64,000 nt of DNA from Camelus ferus. Taxonomy: Eukaryota. Location: the NCBI RefSeq assembly GCF_009834535.1, contig NC_045701.1:66216001-66280000 (forward strand), read 5' to 3'. The notes under the pieces were generated by a model that worked only from the letters and a program-made list of their open reading frames with translations, was not told the origin of the DNA and searched no databases. Position 1 is the first letter of the stretch, and the number at the start of each line of letters is the position of its first letter. Below are positions 30,120 to 43,150 of the stretch, piece by piece. The position numbers were made by a program, and so were the translations under genes.

Positions 30120-30860
30120 ACAATCATATTCGTTAAAGGTCTGTGACACACACACCCCAACCCCAAATCTCTGAAATCGGGATGTATCTAAAATTGATGG
30201 CATCTTGTGATTGCCGCTGGCTTTACGGCAGCCTTGATGACTTTGCCATTGCCTTTGCAGACATCAAAGTCCCAGCACCAAAATGTGCTGAGTGTATGTC
30301 GATAGTTTGGTGAAAGAAAAAAATCCCAAAATACTCATGGAGATGCTTTTAACAGATAAGAATCAAATGGTTGTGGGGGAGGTGGTGAATCAGACATGTG
30401 TGGCGGTGCTTGAGATATAACCAGATCTGCACAATTGTAAAAAGGGCTTAAGGACATCACATGTCCCCAGCACATGTGATGCTTAGTTCTTTTATGGCTT
30501 CTTTAGAGAAATGCTGCATCACCAACACTTGTGACGCCTCAGAGGATGGCAGTGTGAAAAGAGATGGGTATCGTCACTCACAGTCCAAGAGAAAGGAGTC
30601 AGATTTGGAATGAGAAGTTCTGCAAATACCTTAGCTCCATCATTTCACTTCTGTTTCACATTTTATTATGCACACGAGTGATTTATGACGAAAATCCATG
30701 ACTAATCCAGTCTAAAAGAGCTCTTTCAATAAGTGTAAAATAAAAATGCTGAGTGAAAGCAATGTCATAGTTTAATTGACAACATCTTTTATTTCTCAGT
30801 GGTACATAAACTAATAATGTGCCTTATATTTAATGATGTCGTAAGTTGGATGATATGTAC
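30120..30860. mobile_element. TcMar-Tc2 (MER104/Kanga-like) DNA transposon relic
   Basis: tctctgaaatcgggatgtatctaaaattgatggcatctt matches the MER104/Kanga terminal motif as recalled. Confidence 0.5.
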
Positions 30861-33220
30861 TATGTGTCAAGCTCTACTGTGGTGCTGGGGAGATGACAGT
30901 GAACAAGACAAAACCCTGGTTGTTTGTGCAGGTTGACTGTGGAGAATCCCAGATACGTCATTCAGGAAACTGTATGACAGTCACTTTTTCTGCTATCAAC
31001 CCAAGGCTTCCAAAGTTGCCCTGGGGTCATAGTCTCCTGCCATCCAGAAGGATTCTCCTCCTTTTCATTGTGCCTGGAAGTGGCCCCCCACCCCAGCACC
31101 TCTGTCCTCATTTAATTGGCTGAAAGTGGCTCATCCCCCTGCAGGGGAGTCTGGGAAATGTAGTCTGGCTGAGCACCAGGAAAAAGGTGAATGTGGTCTG
31201 TACGCCACACTGTACCCCACACTGCGGAGGCCAGGGAGAGTCCCAGCAGCTTGAGCCTCCCAAAGAGAATAAAACACCAACCTGCTCATCATAGCATGGT
31301 CTGTCTGGGGATGCTGTCTCGAAATCAGGCCCATCACCAAATAGGAAGGTGTTCATGACTCAGATTATTAGCCCTGCGGGTAACCAGGAGCAGTCTAGTT
31401 ATTAATTTATTTTTCTTGTCTTAATTTAATATTATTTGTTAATAATAGACTATTATTAATAGTCTATTTATTTATTATTTACATGGGGCTGCTCGGGTTA
31501 ATGGAGCCTGTGGGGCTTATCCTAAACCATGGGTCTCTACTTAAGCTCTTTTAGGGCATATGTTTTTCTGGAGGGTCTGTAAAGCCCCATCACTTGGCAC
31601 CGCTGAAATCACTGTGCCTGCCCGGAGAGGCTGGAGGGGAATGGTTTGCTTGCTCAGCGGAGTATGTACTAGCGACTCGGAAAGCAGGCTTCCAGCCTCC
31701 AGGATGTTAGAGCAGCAGGGCAGCGGCAGCCGACGGCCCGTGGAGGAGTTGGGGTCACCCGTTACAGGCTGAGGGACTTGGGCAAATTACTTAACGTTTC
31801 TGGGCATCGGATTCCTCAGTTGTAAATGTGCACTCCTCAGATATAAATGCAGCTGGAATACCTGCCCTTACAACCTCACAGGTGGTTGAGAGGATAAGGA
31901 AGACCTGTGAGACATTTATTGCGTTGAGGTGAGTGGGCAGCCTCTGCTCTTAGGAGGGACCACGTGAACGCTCCTTGCGTGACTCATGGGGGTTGTGCTC
32001 ACACTCTCTACACCTGACTCAACATTTCTATGCTGCTTCTTTGAAAGTCTTTCCCTCTCCTTCACACACACGTGCTCACCCACCCACACACACATAGGAA
32101 CTTGTTCCCTTTGGTATTCAGGGTAAAGCCTCTAAGTCAGGGCTGAGGAACTGAGGTCTAATGTTAGTAGGACATGCTCAGGAAAGTGAGGAAAGCTGGG
32201 GACCATGGCTGTCCTCTCACCCTGTGTGGCCGCTGAAAGCACTGTTCCCTGGCGGCGGCCTGGCAGCGTCTGGGATGCCAGGAGGAGCCCGTGTGCCCGG
32301 TGCCGCAGCCCACGGCTTTGGCTCCCCACTCGGGCCAGCTTTGTGGGTTGGTTCCTTTCTGTCTCACCCCCTCTCTTCAGCATGAATCATTTCTGTCAGT
32401 CCCCGAATCCTGGGACATATTCCTGAGTCCCCGGCCTTCTAAGCCTCTTCTGTCTCCTCTTGCTCCTTGAACACTTCCTAGAATAAAGAAAGGTTGGGAA
32501 CAAGATGCATTCTCTTCATTTTAGAGCTATGCAAATTAAGGGACTGAGAGGGAACGGATTTCTTAGGATTGGGCGTGGAGGCGGATGGGCAGTAACTGGG
32601 AATAATTCACTTGGAAAGAGGGAGGGCCCATCAGGACACTTCTGGTTGCCGTGACAGAACATATTGGCTTGTGAGGCTGGGAAAGACTCTAATCAAATAA
32701 TGTGTCACCGGAACCAGGGCCTTAGGGCCTAGAACTGGGGACTCTGCCATGGGGATGTTGGCTCTTTTCTCTGCTTATCTTTGCCTTGCTTTGTGTGTTG
32801 ACCTTGCTCTCCCACTGCAAAGCTCTGGGAGAGGGTATGGCCACTGCCAGCCCCAGCTTGGCACCTGAGAGGAAAGGCAGAGCTCCTTTCTTGAGGTTCC
32901 CTGTGTTCATCCCAAGGAATGAATTAGTCCTGCTGCTGAGGTCATTGCCCACCACTTGGTTGAATCACTCATGTGAGTGGGGAGAACTGGATCTGTGATT
33001 GCCCAGGCAATCCAGCAGCACAGAGGTGGGTGGGAAGAAAACATGCAGAGGACAGATTCGGAGGAGTGTGTGTGTGTGTGTGTGTGCATGCCTGAAGTGC
33101 AACTGGCGGGACTGTTGCATTGTGGGGCGAGCGTTGCTGAGGAGCTGAGGAGCGGCCGGCAGCAGCAGGACCACATCGTCTCGGGGCTCCAGCAGCTTTT
33201 GGAAGGCTGGGTCAGCAACG

Positions 33221-33234
33221 GTTGTCATGGCAAC
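33221..33234. promoter_or_regulatory. RFX X-box-like palindrome
   Basis: GTTGTCATGGCAAC versus the ideal GTTGCCATGGCAAC, 13/14. Confidence 0.55.
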
Positions 33235-34084
33235 AGCCTCGTGGGAGGGTCTTAAGGAAAAGACTGAGGCTGGAATGTTTTGAATGATATTTGCCTATAG
33301 ATGAGTCCCTCTCTTGCTAAGAGCCAAAGAAAGGCAGAGCCCAGCTATCTGGGTCGTCTCACTCTGAGTAGAGGCAGGTGGGTGCCTTCCTGAGGTTGCA
33401 GGGGGGCAGCGGTACTAGCCCTGCTTGTTATGAGTTAACAAAGATGCGTGTTCTGTACTCATGGAGTGCACAAGATGAAAATATGCTGCAATGAGGTGCT
33501 TGGGGCTGGTGAAATATCCTCCCATGGGGCCTCTCTGTCTCCAGCCTCTCCTCCTCCAGCTGCTGCCCAAGTGATCTTTCTGACAAGTAAAGCCCATCAG
33601 GTTGCTTCTCTGCTTAAGCCCTGCAGTGGTCCCCGATTCCTGACAGAATAAAGCTCAAGTGCCTGAACGTGACATTCCCTGGCTTCATGACCTCACCTTC
33701 TCTAGACTCTGCTTTGCTGTCACGCTCCTCCCTCACACTCCTTGCAAACCTGTATTCTTGGATGGCTTCGTGCCTCTGTGCCTTTGCACATGCTGTGTGC
33801 CTGGACCATCTTCTGCTCCCACTGGAGAATGTTGGCTCCTTCTTTAAACAAAGTGGGTGATGACTCCTCCAGTCTGTGTGACTCTCGGCTGAGGAAAGTA
33901 CCAGCCAAGTGTTTGTGTTGGAGCCTCTTGAGGCACACTCTCCCCTGTGGGTGCCTGAGATCATGGCCAAGTCTGCCCAGCCCATCTGCCCACCCCCGGC
34001 CAGGTTGGGCTGCTTTCCCTTTAGAGACAAGCAGACCCAAGATAAATCAAAACCCCTTTCTGATTCTTTTCACACCTTCAAGAA

Positions 34085-35700
34085 AGGTGATTCATCCATT
34101 CATTTGACAAAGACTTAGTGAATGCCCCTGTGTACTAGGCACTGTTCTAGACACCTGGATATATTGGTAAACAAAACAGACAAAATTCCCTGCCCTCATG
34201 GAGCTTATGCTCTAGTGGGGAGACAGACTGTAAACAATAAATATTTTTTTAAAAATGAATTATATGGTATGTTAAAAGGCACTACGGGCTATGGTAAACA
34301 GGAAAAGTAGAGTAAGGTAAGGGAGTTTGGGAGCCCCAGGGAGGGAGGATGGGCAGGAAACAGAGAAACAGGGTCGACCTTGCGTTAGTCTGCTGGGGCT
34401 GCCATAACAAAGTGTCGCAGACCGGGCGGCTGAAACCACAGCTGTTTATTTCTCACAGTTCTGAAGTCTGAGAAGTCCAAGATCAAGGTGTGGGCAAGGT
34501 CGGCTTCATTCTGAGGCCCCTTCTCTCTCCTTGCAGGTGGCTGCCATCTGGCTGGTGGCTCACACGACCTCTTCTTTGTGTGCGTGCAGAAAGAGAGTGT
34601 AGGTGTCTCTTCCTCTTCCTGAAAGGACTCCAGCCCTATTGAATTAAGGCCCAACCCTCGTCATGTCACTTAACCTTTATTACCTCCACATAGGCTCTGT
34701 CTCCGAATACCATCACACCAGGGGTGAGAGCTTCAATATATGAACTTGATTTGGGGGCAGGGTGGGGGGACACAATTCAGTCCAAAACAAGCCTCACTGA
34801 GAAGGTGAAATTTGAGGATAGGATTGAAGGAGATGATGGAATTGGAATAGCTGGGGAAGGGTATTCCAGGTAACAGAACAGCTACAGTAAAGAGCCTGGG
34901 GTGGGGGAAGGTGCCCACATGTTAGAGGCATCACAAGGAGACCGGTACGGCTGTGGGGTGGGGTGAGCAAGGGGACTGTCATAGGAGGTGAGGTCAGAGA
35001 TGCGACAGGACCAGATCATGCAGGCCTCGTGGGCCATGTGAGAACTCTGGCTTTTCCTGTGAGAGAGATGGGAGCCATCGCAGGAGGGTGAGCTGAGCGA
35101 TGACATGATCTGACTTATGTTTTAAATGACCACCTGGTGTTGAGAGTAGACCATGTAGGAATAGGAGGACCTGTTGCGAAGCACTTGCAGAAATCCACAT
35201 AAGGATTATCTGTGGCTTACACCAGGTGATGAGAATGGAGGAGGAGAGAAGTGGTCAGGGTCTGTATCTATTTGGAAGGGAAAGGCCACTGGATTTCCTA
35301 ACAAATTGGACACGGAGTGGATGAGGAAGGGAATGCAAGATGACCTGAAGATTTTGGCTTGGGCAGTGGGAAGAATGGAGTCACCATCAGTTAAAATGGA
35401 GAAGGCTGCAGGTAGAGGAGGTTTAGGGGTAAGGATCCGGGACTTCTAGTTTGGATATGTTGAGTGTGAAATGTCAGCTAGATATCAGGTAGATGTATCA
35501 GGTAGGCAATTGGATATATAAGCCTGGTGTCGGGGAGAGCCTGGGAAGGAGACATACATTTGGGAGTCATTCCATACTGATGGCATGAAACTAGGTGAAA
35601 TCATCAAGGGAGTGAGTGAGGGTCAGGACAAAGGTCTGACCCTGGGGCATCCCGACAAGAACAAGGCTGAGATGCTTAGAACCAGCATTCCAGAGGAAGA
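34085..35700 (-). mobile_element. Long L2 fragment interrupted by an MLT1 LTR
   Basis: ttcatccattcatttgacaaagacttagtg...; after the LTR resumes with cctcactgagaaggtgaaatttg...ttggatatgttgagtgtgaaatgtc. Confidence 0.7.
34381..34789. mobile_element. MLT1-type solo LTR
   Basis: tgcgttagtctgctggggctgccataacaaag...tttatttctcacagttctg...cacaattcagtccaaaaca. Confidence 0.8.
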
Positions 35701-38700
35701 CACAGGGGAGATAAAGAACTAGAGACCACTTTCCGTAGGTTCCCAGGGACACGTTTCTGATCTCACCATTGTTAACCTCCTTACAAGATCCCATCCTAGC
35801 CTATTCTCTAAGATTATTATGCATACCTAGAGTTTTTCAATGCTGCCAAATCTCTGAACTTAAAAAGAAGAAAAAAGCATTAAAATCTGTGATTAGAGCT
35901 GAAAGTTTTTACTTTGAAAATCCTCTGATTTCCAGCCTCCAGGAGCAGAACAAACGCCTGGGGTGTTCCCCTACCACCGTGCCCTGTTTTGATCCCCTCC
36001 GTGAGGGGCACTGCCTGCTGCTCCCCCTCCTTGTGGGTCCCCTTGGCAGCCTCCCCCACCCTCAATCCCTGGCTTCTCTCCACCCCATGGTTAATGCTGT
36101 CGGCACCTGAGGACCTTATCTTCTCCCCTACTCAGGCCAGTGGAGTGGCAGTCGGCCTCCCCAGCTCCCCACACCGCACGCTGGTCCAGGAGCATGGCTC
36201 TGCCAGGTCCCCAGGAAAACAACCCACGGGAAAATAGCCTCCCTCTTCCCCATGACTCACACAGGGTTGTGGATGCTCACGACTCATTTTCTCACTTGCA
36301 GCAGAGACAAAGCTGTGGAGGCTTCTACGATAATTAATAATGAGAAAACTCCCAGAGATGCTCCACCTGCCCTCCCAACGCTGCAGGAAAGAGACACCAT
36401 TAGTTTGAGATTCCAGGCTGCCATCTGTCTTGTGAGCGAGGTAGAATGCAGCGGAGGGTCCCCCACAGGAATATATGCTAGGAAAAAGCCGCTCTTTGTG
36501 CAGACTATAGAGGCAGAGTCCAGGAGAGGCCGGGCAGGTGCTTGCTCCCCTCTCCTCTCCCTTCACAGCACTGTGTGGTCCAGCCAGGGGCACTGATACC
36601 CTTCCCCAGTGTTCCTTCGGCTTCCTGCAGAGGGTCCTTATCTTTCCTTCTACAGCTGAACAGATCTTCCCCATCCAGTGAGGTGCCATGCCTCACCCCC
36701 AGATCCACTCTCAGATTTCAAACACAGGAAAAAAAATCACTCTTTCAATATTGAATTTTATGCTAATTATTTCTTCTGAAACTCTGCCTCACCCCACCCC
36801 CCCTCCACCCACAAACAGGCTGGCGATATCAGCATAGAGCCTGGCCCTCCTAATGCTTGTGGAACTGATTCACTGCAGCACAAGTGAGACTGGTCCATTT
36901 GAAGAAGTGACCCCCATACAGTGATTCAAAGCAAAGTGGGAGGAGAAGGGAACTGCCTTCTGGGAGAGGGTAAGGTGTCGGCACGTGGACTGGGTGCAGC
37001 AGAGTTTGAAAATACATCTAATGTTCTAATATAATTTAAAGTCATCACCATCATCCAGCATTTTTATCCTTCAAACCACAGATAGTAGTAAAGCTTCATT
37101 GAATACTTGTGGGTGGACTATGAGTTTGAAAATCTCGAGAATCAGGGCCTAAGAGACTATTTGCTGGTAAGTTCCTTGGTTGTGGGGATGAAGTCTTCTC
37201 TGAAGGAGTTGGTCCTTGGGATAGTAACAGAGTGAGGCCAGTTCTTGGGGATTTGGGCTCACTGTAAGTCTTACTGAGAGGGCCAATGTCCAATGTGTGG
37301 ACCATACCAGGTGAACTGCAACCTAGCTTGTTTCCTTGGCAGAATAGTTCATCAAGGACAAAAAAAGGAGAGGCAAAAGACTATCAGGAGAGTAAGGGCT
37401 CCCAGATACCCAGAGAGAAAGAGACTGTGGATGAGAAGGGTGTGGGATGCAGTCACCATTGTAACTGTGATGGAGTAATAAATGAAACCCCATGAGATTG
37501 ACCGTACCCTCTGGTTTCATTATTTTTATGAGGAAATCTCCTGGGCTCTCACTGGGTCCCTTGAGTGGATGTATGCCTTCTCAGAAGGATGTGGGATGTA
37601 TGCAAATGAGGGGGTACTTTTCCATTACAAAGAATGCACTGGCATCTGGACCAGGGGGTTGGCTGACGTGAGCCTCTTTCCCAGGGTGGACGAGTTTCTG
37701 AAAGGGTTTTGAAACTGCAGAGTCAAGGACCAGGCTGGAAGTGATGGTGACTCCACCAAGGTATTGAGGATACCAGGATCCTGACTGCAGGGAGATCAAG
37801 GGACTCAGATTCTAGAAAAAGCATGCTAACTGCATACAGCCATCTATCAGCAGCAGTGAATCTGTACCAGGTTGTCTGCCATCGCAGGGTGGTGCCTCAG
37901 GGTGTTGCAGGAGTCTGTTCTGTTTCCAACACGCATTTAGGTAACTTGCAGGCAGGGACTGCATTCATACACAGCATGCCCCCGCAGGGAGCTTCTGCAG
38001 CCAGGATATACTCACCATCATCTCCAGTCCAGCAAGAGCTTCCTGAAGTGGGGACTGGCAGCCCCACAACGACAGACAATGTTGTGAGGCTCCTCGCTGT
38101 TGACAGCACCTTCACCTCCATTGCTTCGCTTACCCCCAGTCAGCCCATGAAGAGCAGGGCTGGTGCTTTTGCAATTCCCATTTTAGAGATGAAGAAACAG
38201 ATCACAGAGGGCTGGCTTCAAGAGAAGCTTAAAGTCTCACTCTGCCTAGCCCTGCCCATCCCCCTCTCCCATCTCCAAGGAACAAGAGGATGTCAGGGAT
38301 GACGGAGCACCTGGGGAAGGAGGCATTGCTCTAGGCCTATAAGGTGGGGAGGGCTGCCTCCCTGGGCTCCTCTCTATGCCTGGGAGCTTCCCTCCCCAAG
38401 GTGTGTGGATTGGGCCTGCCCTGCGTGGATCGCAGACAGAGAGTCTCGCTCACTTTTCCTTGGCATGCTTTTCCTGGGACTCACCTTTACTTACTGCAGG
38501 AGCGTTAAGTAGCTTTGGGATTCAGGAGAAAAGAGAAAAAGGCTTCTTAAGTGAGCCCTCGGCCTATCTTAGGGAGTCCCTCACACGGGGCAGCCTGGTC
38601 CACCAGGGCAAACATGCTTCAGAACAAGCTTCAATAGTAAAGAGTTTGCCTGTGTCTGCCCTGTGATAAGATAGGGTTGGAGCACACAGGGTCTCTGGTC

Positions 38701-39139
38701 AGATATGGTTATTCTGTCCTCACCCTGCTCACACCATGCACTAGTGACCCCCCCCCCCCCGCCCAAGGTCCCACCACCATGAAAAGTAGAAGTGGAGCTG
38801 AAACTCAGCCAAGTCCCCATCTGTTTCCTTCTATCTCTTCTAGTCTGGAGACAATGCAAAGACAAAATGGGAGGATGAGGGATGGTCCTGCAGCCTTGGG
38901 CATTCCAGGAAGAGCTCTGGTGCCAGGTTTCTATCTGGGTTCAAGGTTGGTTCCATGGTGAGCCAGCTCCACACTCAATGGTTACTCTCCTGCAGTTGTG
39001 CTGGGAGGCAGGCTGGCCTGTCACCAGAGAGAGCTCCCACAACCTGACCACAGCTCTTTCCCCAGCGCTGTTACCCAGCATGAGCTGAAGTCCTTGGGAG
39101 CCAGTAAGACTGCTTGAAGGAGGAAATTTATTCTATATC

Positions 39140-39225
39140 TAATTTTCCTTCCCCTTTCTCTCCTTCCCTCCCTGTCCTCCTTCCTTTTATCCTTCCTTCC
39201 CTCCTTCCTTCCTCCCATCCATTCA
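39140..39225. repeat. Polypyrimidine (CCTT)-like low-complexity tract
   Basis: ccttcccctttctctccttccctccc...ccttccttcctccc. Confidence 0.8.
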
Positions 39226-42200
39226 CTCAAATCTAAGCAGATATATCCTTGCAGCATCCTATCTACTGTCTCCTGTAGGTTAAGAAGCTTCAGAAACTGA
39301 ATACCTCCCCTGAGTCGAGAGCCATGCTGAATTATTTATAGGCCAAATCTATTGCAAATTTCAAAGTGATTTTTCTTCAAGTTTGCTGTTGTAAGGCTAC
39401 TGGTGAAAGGATTAATGAACATTCCTAACATTCATGGAGGTCAGAAATGCCATCAGAAATCAGGTAGTCCAGGGTCTCCGTCTCATAGGCTCTAGGACAA
39501 GCCCAGGGAAGAGAAATGCCATGTGTAGGGATTCACACAACCTTGGCTTTGGGTGGATAGAATCCTGGACTTCCTAAATTCTTCAATCAGTGGATGAATG
39601 GATTAAACACACCAGGAGATAACTGGGCCACATCCAACCTCTACATCTGTGTAGAATCCATATCCCCTTCAGCTGGACCATTCAGAAGGGGATCAGGGTA
39701 CCCAGAGTTTTGTGACAGTGACACTGGCTGGAGGTGGTAAGCTCTCCAACACTGAAAGAGTTTGAGTTGGGCAAGGATGAACCATCAGGCTGTAGGAGGG
39801 GCTCCCTGCTTTGGGTGGGGTTGACTAGATGTCTGTGGATATTCAAAGCTATCCTGTTGATCATTTTGGGAAACAAGGTCATCTTTATATTTGACAGTCT
39901 TAAGATCCTGGAATTCAACTACTAGGGATAATTTTGTCTCAAAGCAGAATCTGGATATTGATTCTATTAGACTCAAAAATAGCTGGCTTTATAGAATATT
40001 CCTTCTTGGATTCACCTGCCAACTGTTGCCAATCTCCTCCCTGCCTCCCAGTCTTCATTCATTCCCCACTGTTGTGCCCATCTGTTGGCACCATTCTGCC
40101 AGAGACTCCTGGAGTCTCCCATAGCCTCCCCTACCTTAGGTAGCTTTACAGGGAGGGGGTGTAGCTTCATGGAGAGACCAGCAGGTCTGGAACCAGGTGG
40201 ACCTAGCTTAATATCTTGGTTTCACCATTACAGCTGTGTGACATTGGGAAAATCACTTAACCTCTCTGACCTTCATTTTCCTCTTCTGTAAAATTTAAAT
40301 GGTAACGCTTTTTCCTTATAGGATTGCGAAGTTTAAATGAAACAAGGTAGGCAATGTATTTAGTATGCTACATAGCACATCCCTCCCCAAGTCCCTTGTA
40401 CTCTCTTGCCTCTTGCCCTTGACTATGGCACATGTGTAGACCATTCTCTTCCTGCTGTGACAGAGACTTCTAACTGTCTACTAGTGTCCATTCTCCCCTC
40501 CTTCCCTCTTGGTTTTAGCTTGACACATGGCTACTTAGCCAGGGACTATATTCTCCAGCCTCTTTTGTAGCCAGAAGTGACCATATGACTAAGCTCTGGC
40601 CAGTAAGATGGAAGCAAGAGTAATGTATGGAATTTCTACAAAAGGAAATGGTTTGTCTTCCATGTTTTCTTTTTTCCTGGAATGTGGAAGTGGGGCTGGT
40701 GAGTTGGCTTTACTTATGCAAGTAAGGAAAACTCTTGAGAAGCTGGTAAGGTAAGAGAGAAGGAATCAGAGCCCTGGACACCTCTTGTCATGGGACCCTC
40801 TACCCAGCCTGGACCACCTACCTGCCTATGAAGTATCACATGCAAGAAAAAAACAAGCCTCTTCTCAGCCTTCTGCTCATCCCTCAGGCCTCAATTTAGA
40901 TGTCCCTCTTCTAGGAAGCTGTCTCCGACCCTCCCAGGACCAACACTTCCTGTGAGCTTTCACTTCTGTCCTTACTGGAGCACACATCACAGGGTCTTAT
41001 AAAGACTTATTGGCTTATTTGCAACTCCCACCAGACTGGGAGTGCCTCAAGGCAGGGACTGCAGTCTCACCTGTACTCTCTTCTCAGGATCTGGAATACA
41101 GTAGGCACTTAGTGAATGCTGACTACATCAATGCTATTTGCCACCTACTTGCAAACTGCCTCGGTTCTTGCCTAAAAGGATCTTAAACACTTCCACTGCT
41201 CAATCCCAAGAAAAACCTGAAGAGCAGTCCCCTATTCTTCTCTCCCTTCCTCCAAATATACCCAGGGTTTTCTTCCATGTCCAGTTGGCCAAACCAGGCC
41301 CTGGAAAAAGGTGCTTCCCCAGGGAGCTTGCTGACCACGTGCAGCCCAGTGGAGTATATTTCCACATGACCCTGTTATCGGGAGAGCTCTAACCTAATGT
41401 GAGACCTGGGAATGTTTTGATTAGGTCTATTACCCTCACTAGATTATTTTTGCCTTGAAAACCTGGGCAAAAAGAGTCTCTGGGTAAAAGGGGGGAAAAT
41501 CATACATCAAATTTAATTGGAAAAAGTATGCAAATGCTTCTGTAATTTGTTTTCAATTTATAAACAGCTATGGAGATCTGTTTATAAACCTGGGGCAGAG
41601 CAGCCCTGGTGGAGTTCTCTGGTCACTGTATGGAGGGAACCATGCCTCATTCAATGGACCAAGGCCTTGGCAGCCGACTCTGAAAGCTGAGGTTCTGGCC
41701 CCCAGCCAGCCTTTCCTTGAAGACAGTTCCCAAGGGCATTGGCCTTGGCAGCAGTTAGATGCTGTTGCTTTTTATTAGTGCTTCCTTCTCTTTTGCCAGA
41801 TCTTTCTTTGGAGTTCTTTGCATGGATAGCAGCTTCCATTGAGGCTTCAGGGTTCGGAAGAGCACAGCTGGCCTGCCTCATCACCCACCAGCCTCAGCTC
41901 TGGGGACCGAACACAGAGCATCACCCACATTCCCAGACTTCCGAGCATCCACCATTGTGAGTCCGCAGCCTAGGGGCCTCAGAAATTGTGTCAGCTTTCC
42001 TGAGGGTTTGGTGGGCCCAGCGAGCCTCAGCCCGGGGTGTAAGCGGATCTTTAAGGGGTTGAGTTTGCCCCAGAGCAGGGGGCTGTATCCTTTAGCCTAA
42101 AAAGAATGATACTTGTGCTTTTGAGAAAAGGGGTACCACCTCAGAGCAGGGCACTCAGACCCCACATTTGTCTCAGGCATGTCCTTGGCCATGACAAGGA

Positions 42201-42939
42201 GATTATGGTGGTGTAACCAGTTCCTGGTGTTTGAGCCAAAACCCCACACAGCCATGGAAGGATACAAAGCGCTGAGCTTCCTCAGGCTCAGCCTCTGATG
42301 GGCCATGCTCAGATTTCCTCCCTAGAGCGGCACGGGCTGAGCTGGGGTAGGAGGGCGGGCCAGCGAGCAGGGAGTCCCTTCAGGGCCGCTAATCCCCTGG
42401 GAGTAGTTCACATTAGCTAATGCTGATGCAAGGCCACTGTTCCAAAATTCATGTTCATCTTACTGAAACGTGTTCAGGTGACAAATCACATGGACTTCAT
42501 GAATCTTTGTGGTGTTCAACTTTAAAACACTTGGTATCTGTTGGTTTTCAACAGTTGCCATTTTAGAATACATTCTAGTTTAGAAGCATGCGCCAACATC
42601 TTAAGGAAAACATCACGGGGGGGAATCTAAAATTAAGACAGCTTTACACTGTGACTTAATTTTATCTGTGAATTGGCAAGAGAATGGCCTTGATTCAGCT
42701 TTGGGGGAGACACCTCAGGAAGTTAGGTAAGGGTCCAGGATCCCACCCTAAGGGACTGTTAGGGTCTATGATTTGGGTTGAACCTGGACACCTCCAGCCA
42801 CCTCTCTGTACCCCTTCCAGCACATTTTGCCTGAGAGTGAAGTTAAGAGAAACAGCTCAGCTCATGGTTACATCTGTTTCAACAGAACTCAACTTTCAGA
42901 AGCAGCTACTTTAAAACAAGAATGGTGAGATTCATCACA

Positions 42940-43150
42940 AGAGCTATTTATTGAGCTCATGTTACATGCCAAGCACTGTGCTAGTCTCTCTTCATGCTTT
43001 ATCTCATTTAGTCCTCATGACAACCTGTGAAGTAGGTGCCATTATTGTCCCCACTCTACAGATGAAGAAACTGAGGCCCAGAGAACTCATATAATTTACT
43101 CAAGGTGATCCAAAGGCCAGGTTGTCTGACTGTACAGTTTTAACCACTAA
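42940..43150 (-). mobile_element. MIR
   Basis: tttattgagc...ccaagcactgtgctag...acagatgaagaaactgaggcccagaga. Confidence 0.75.
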
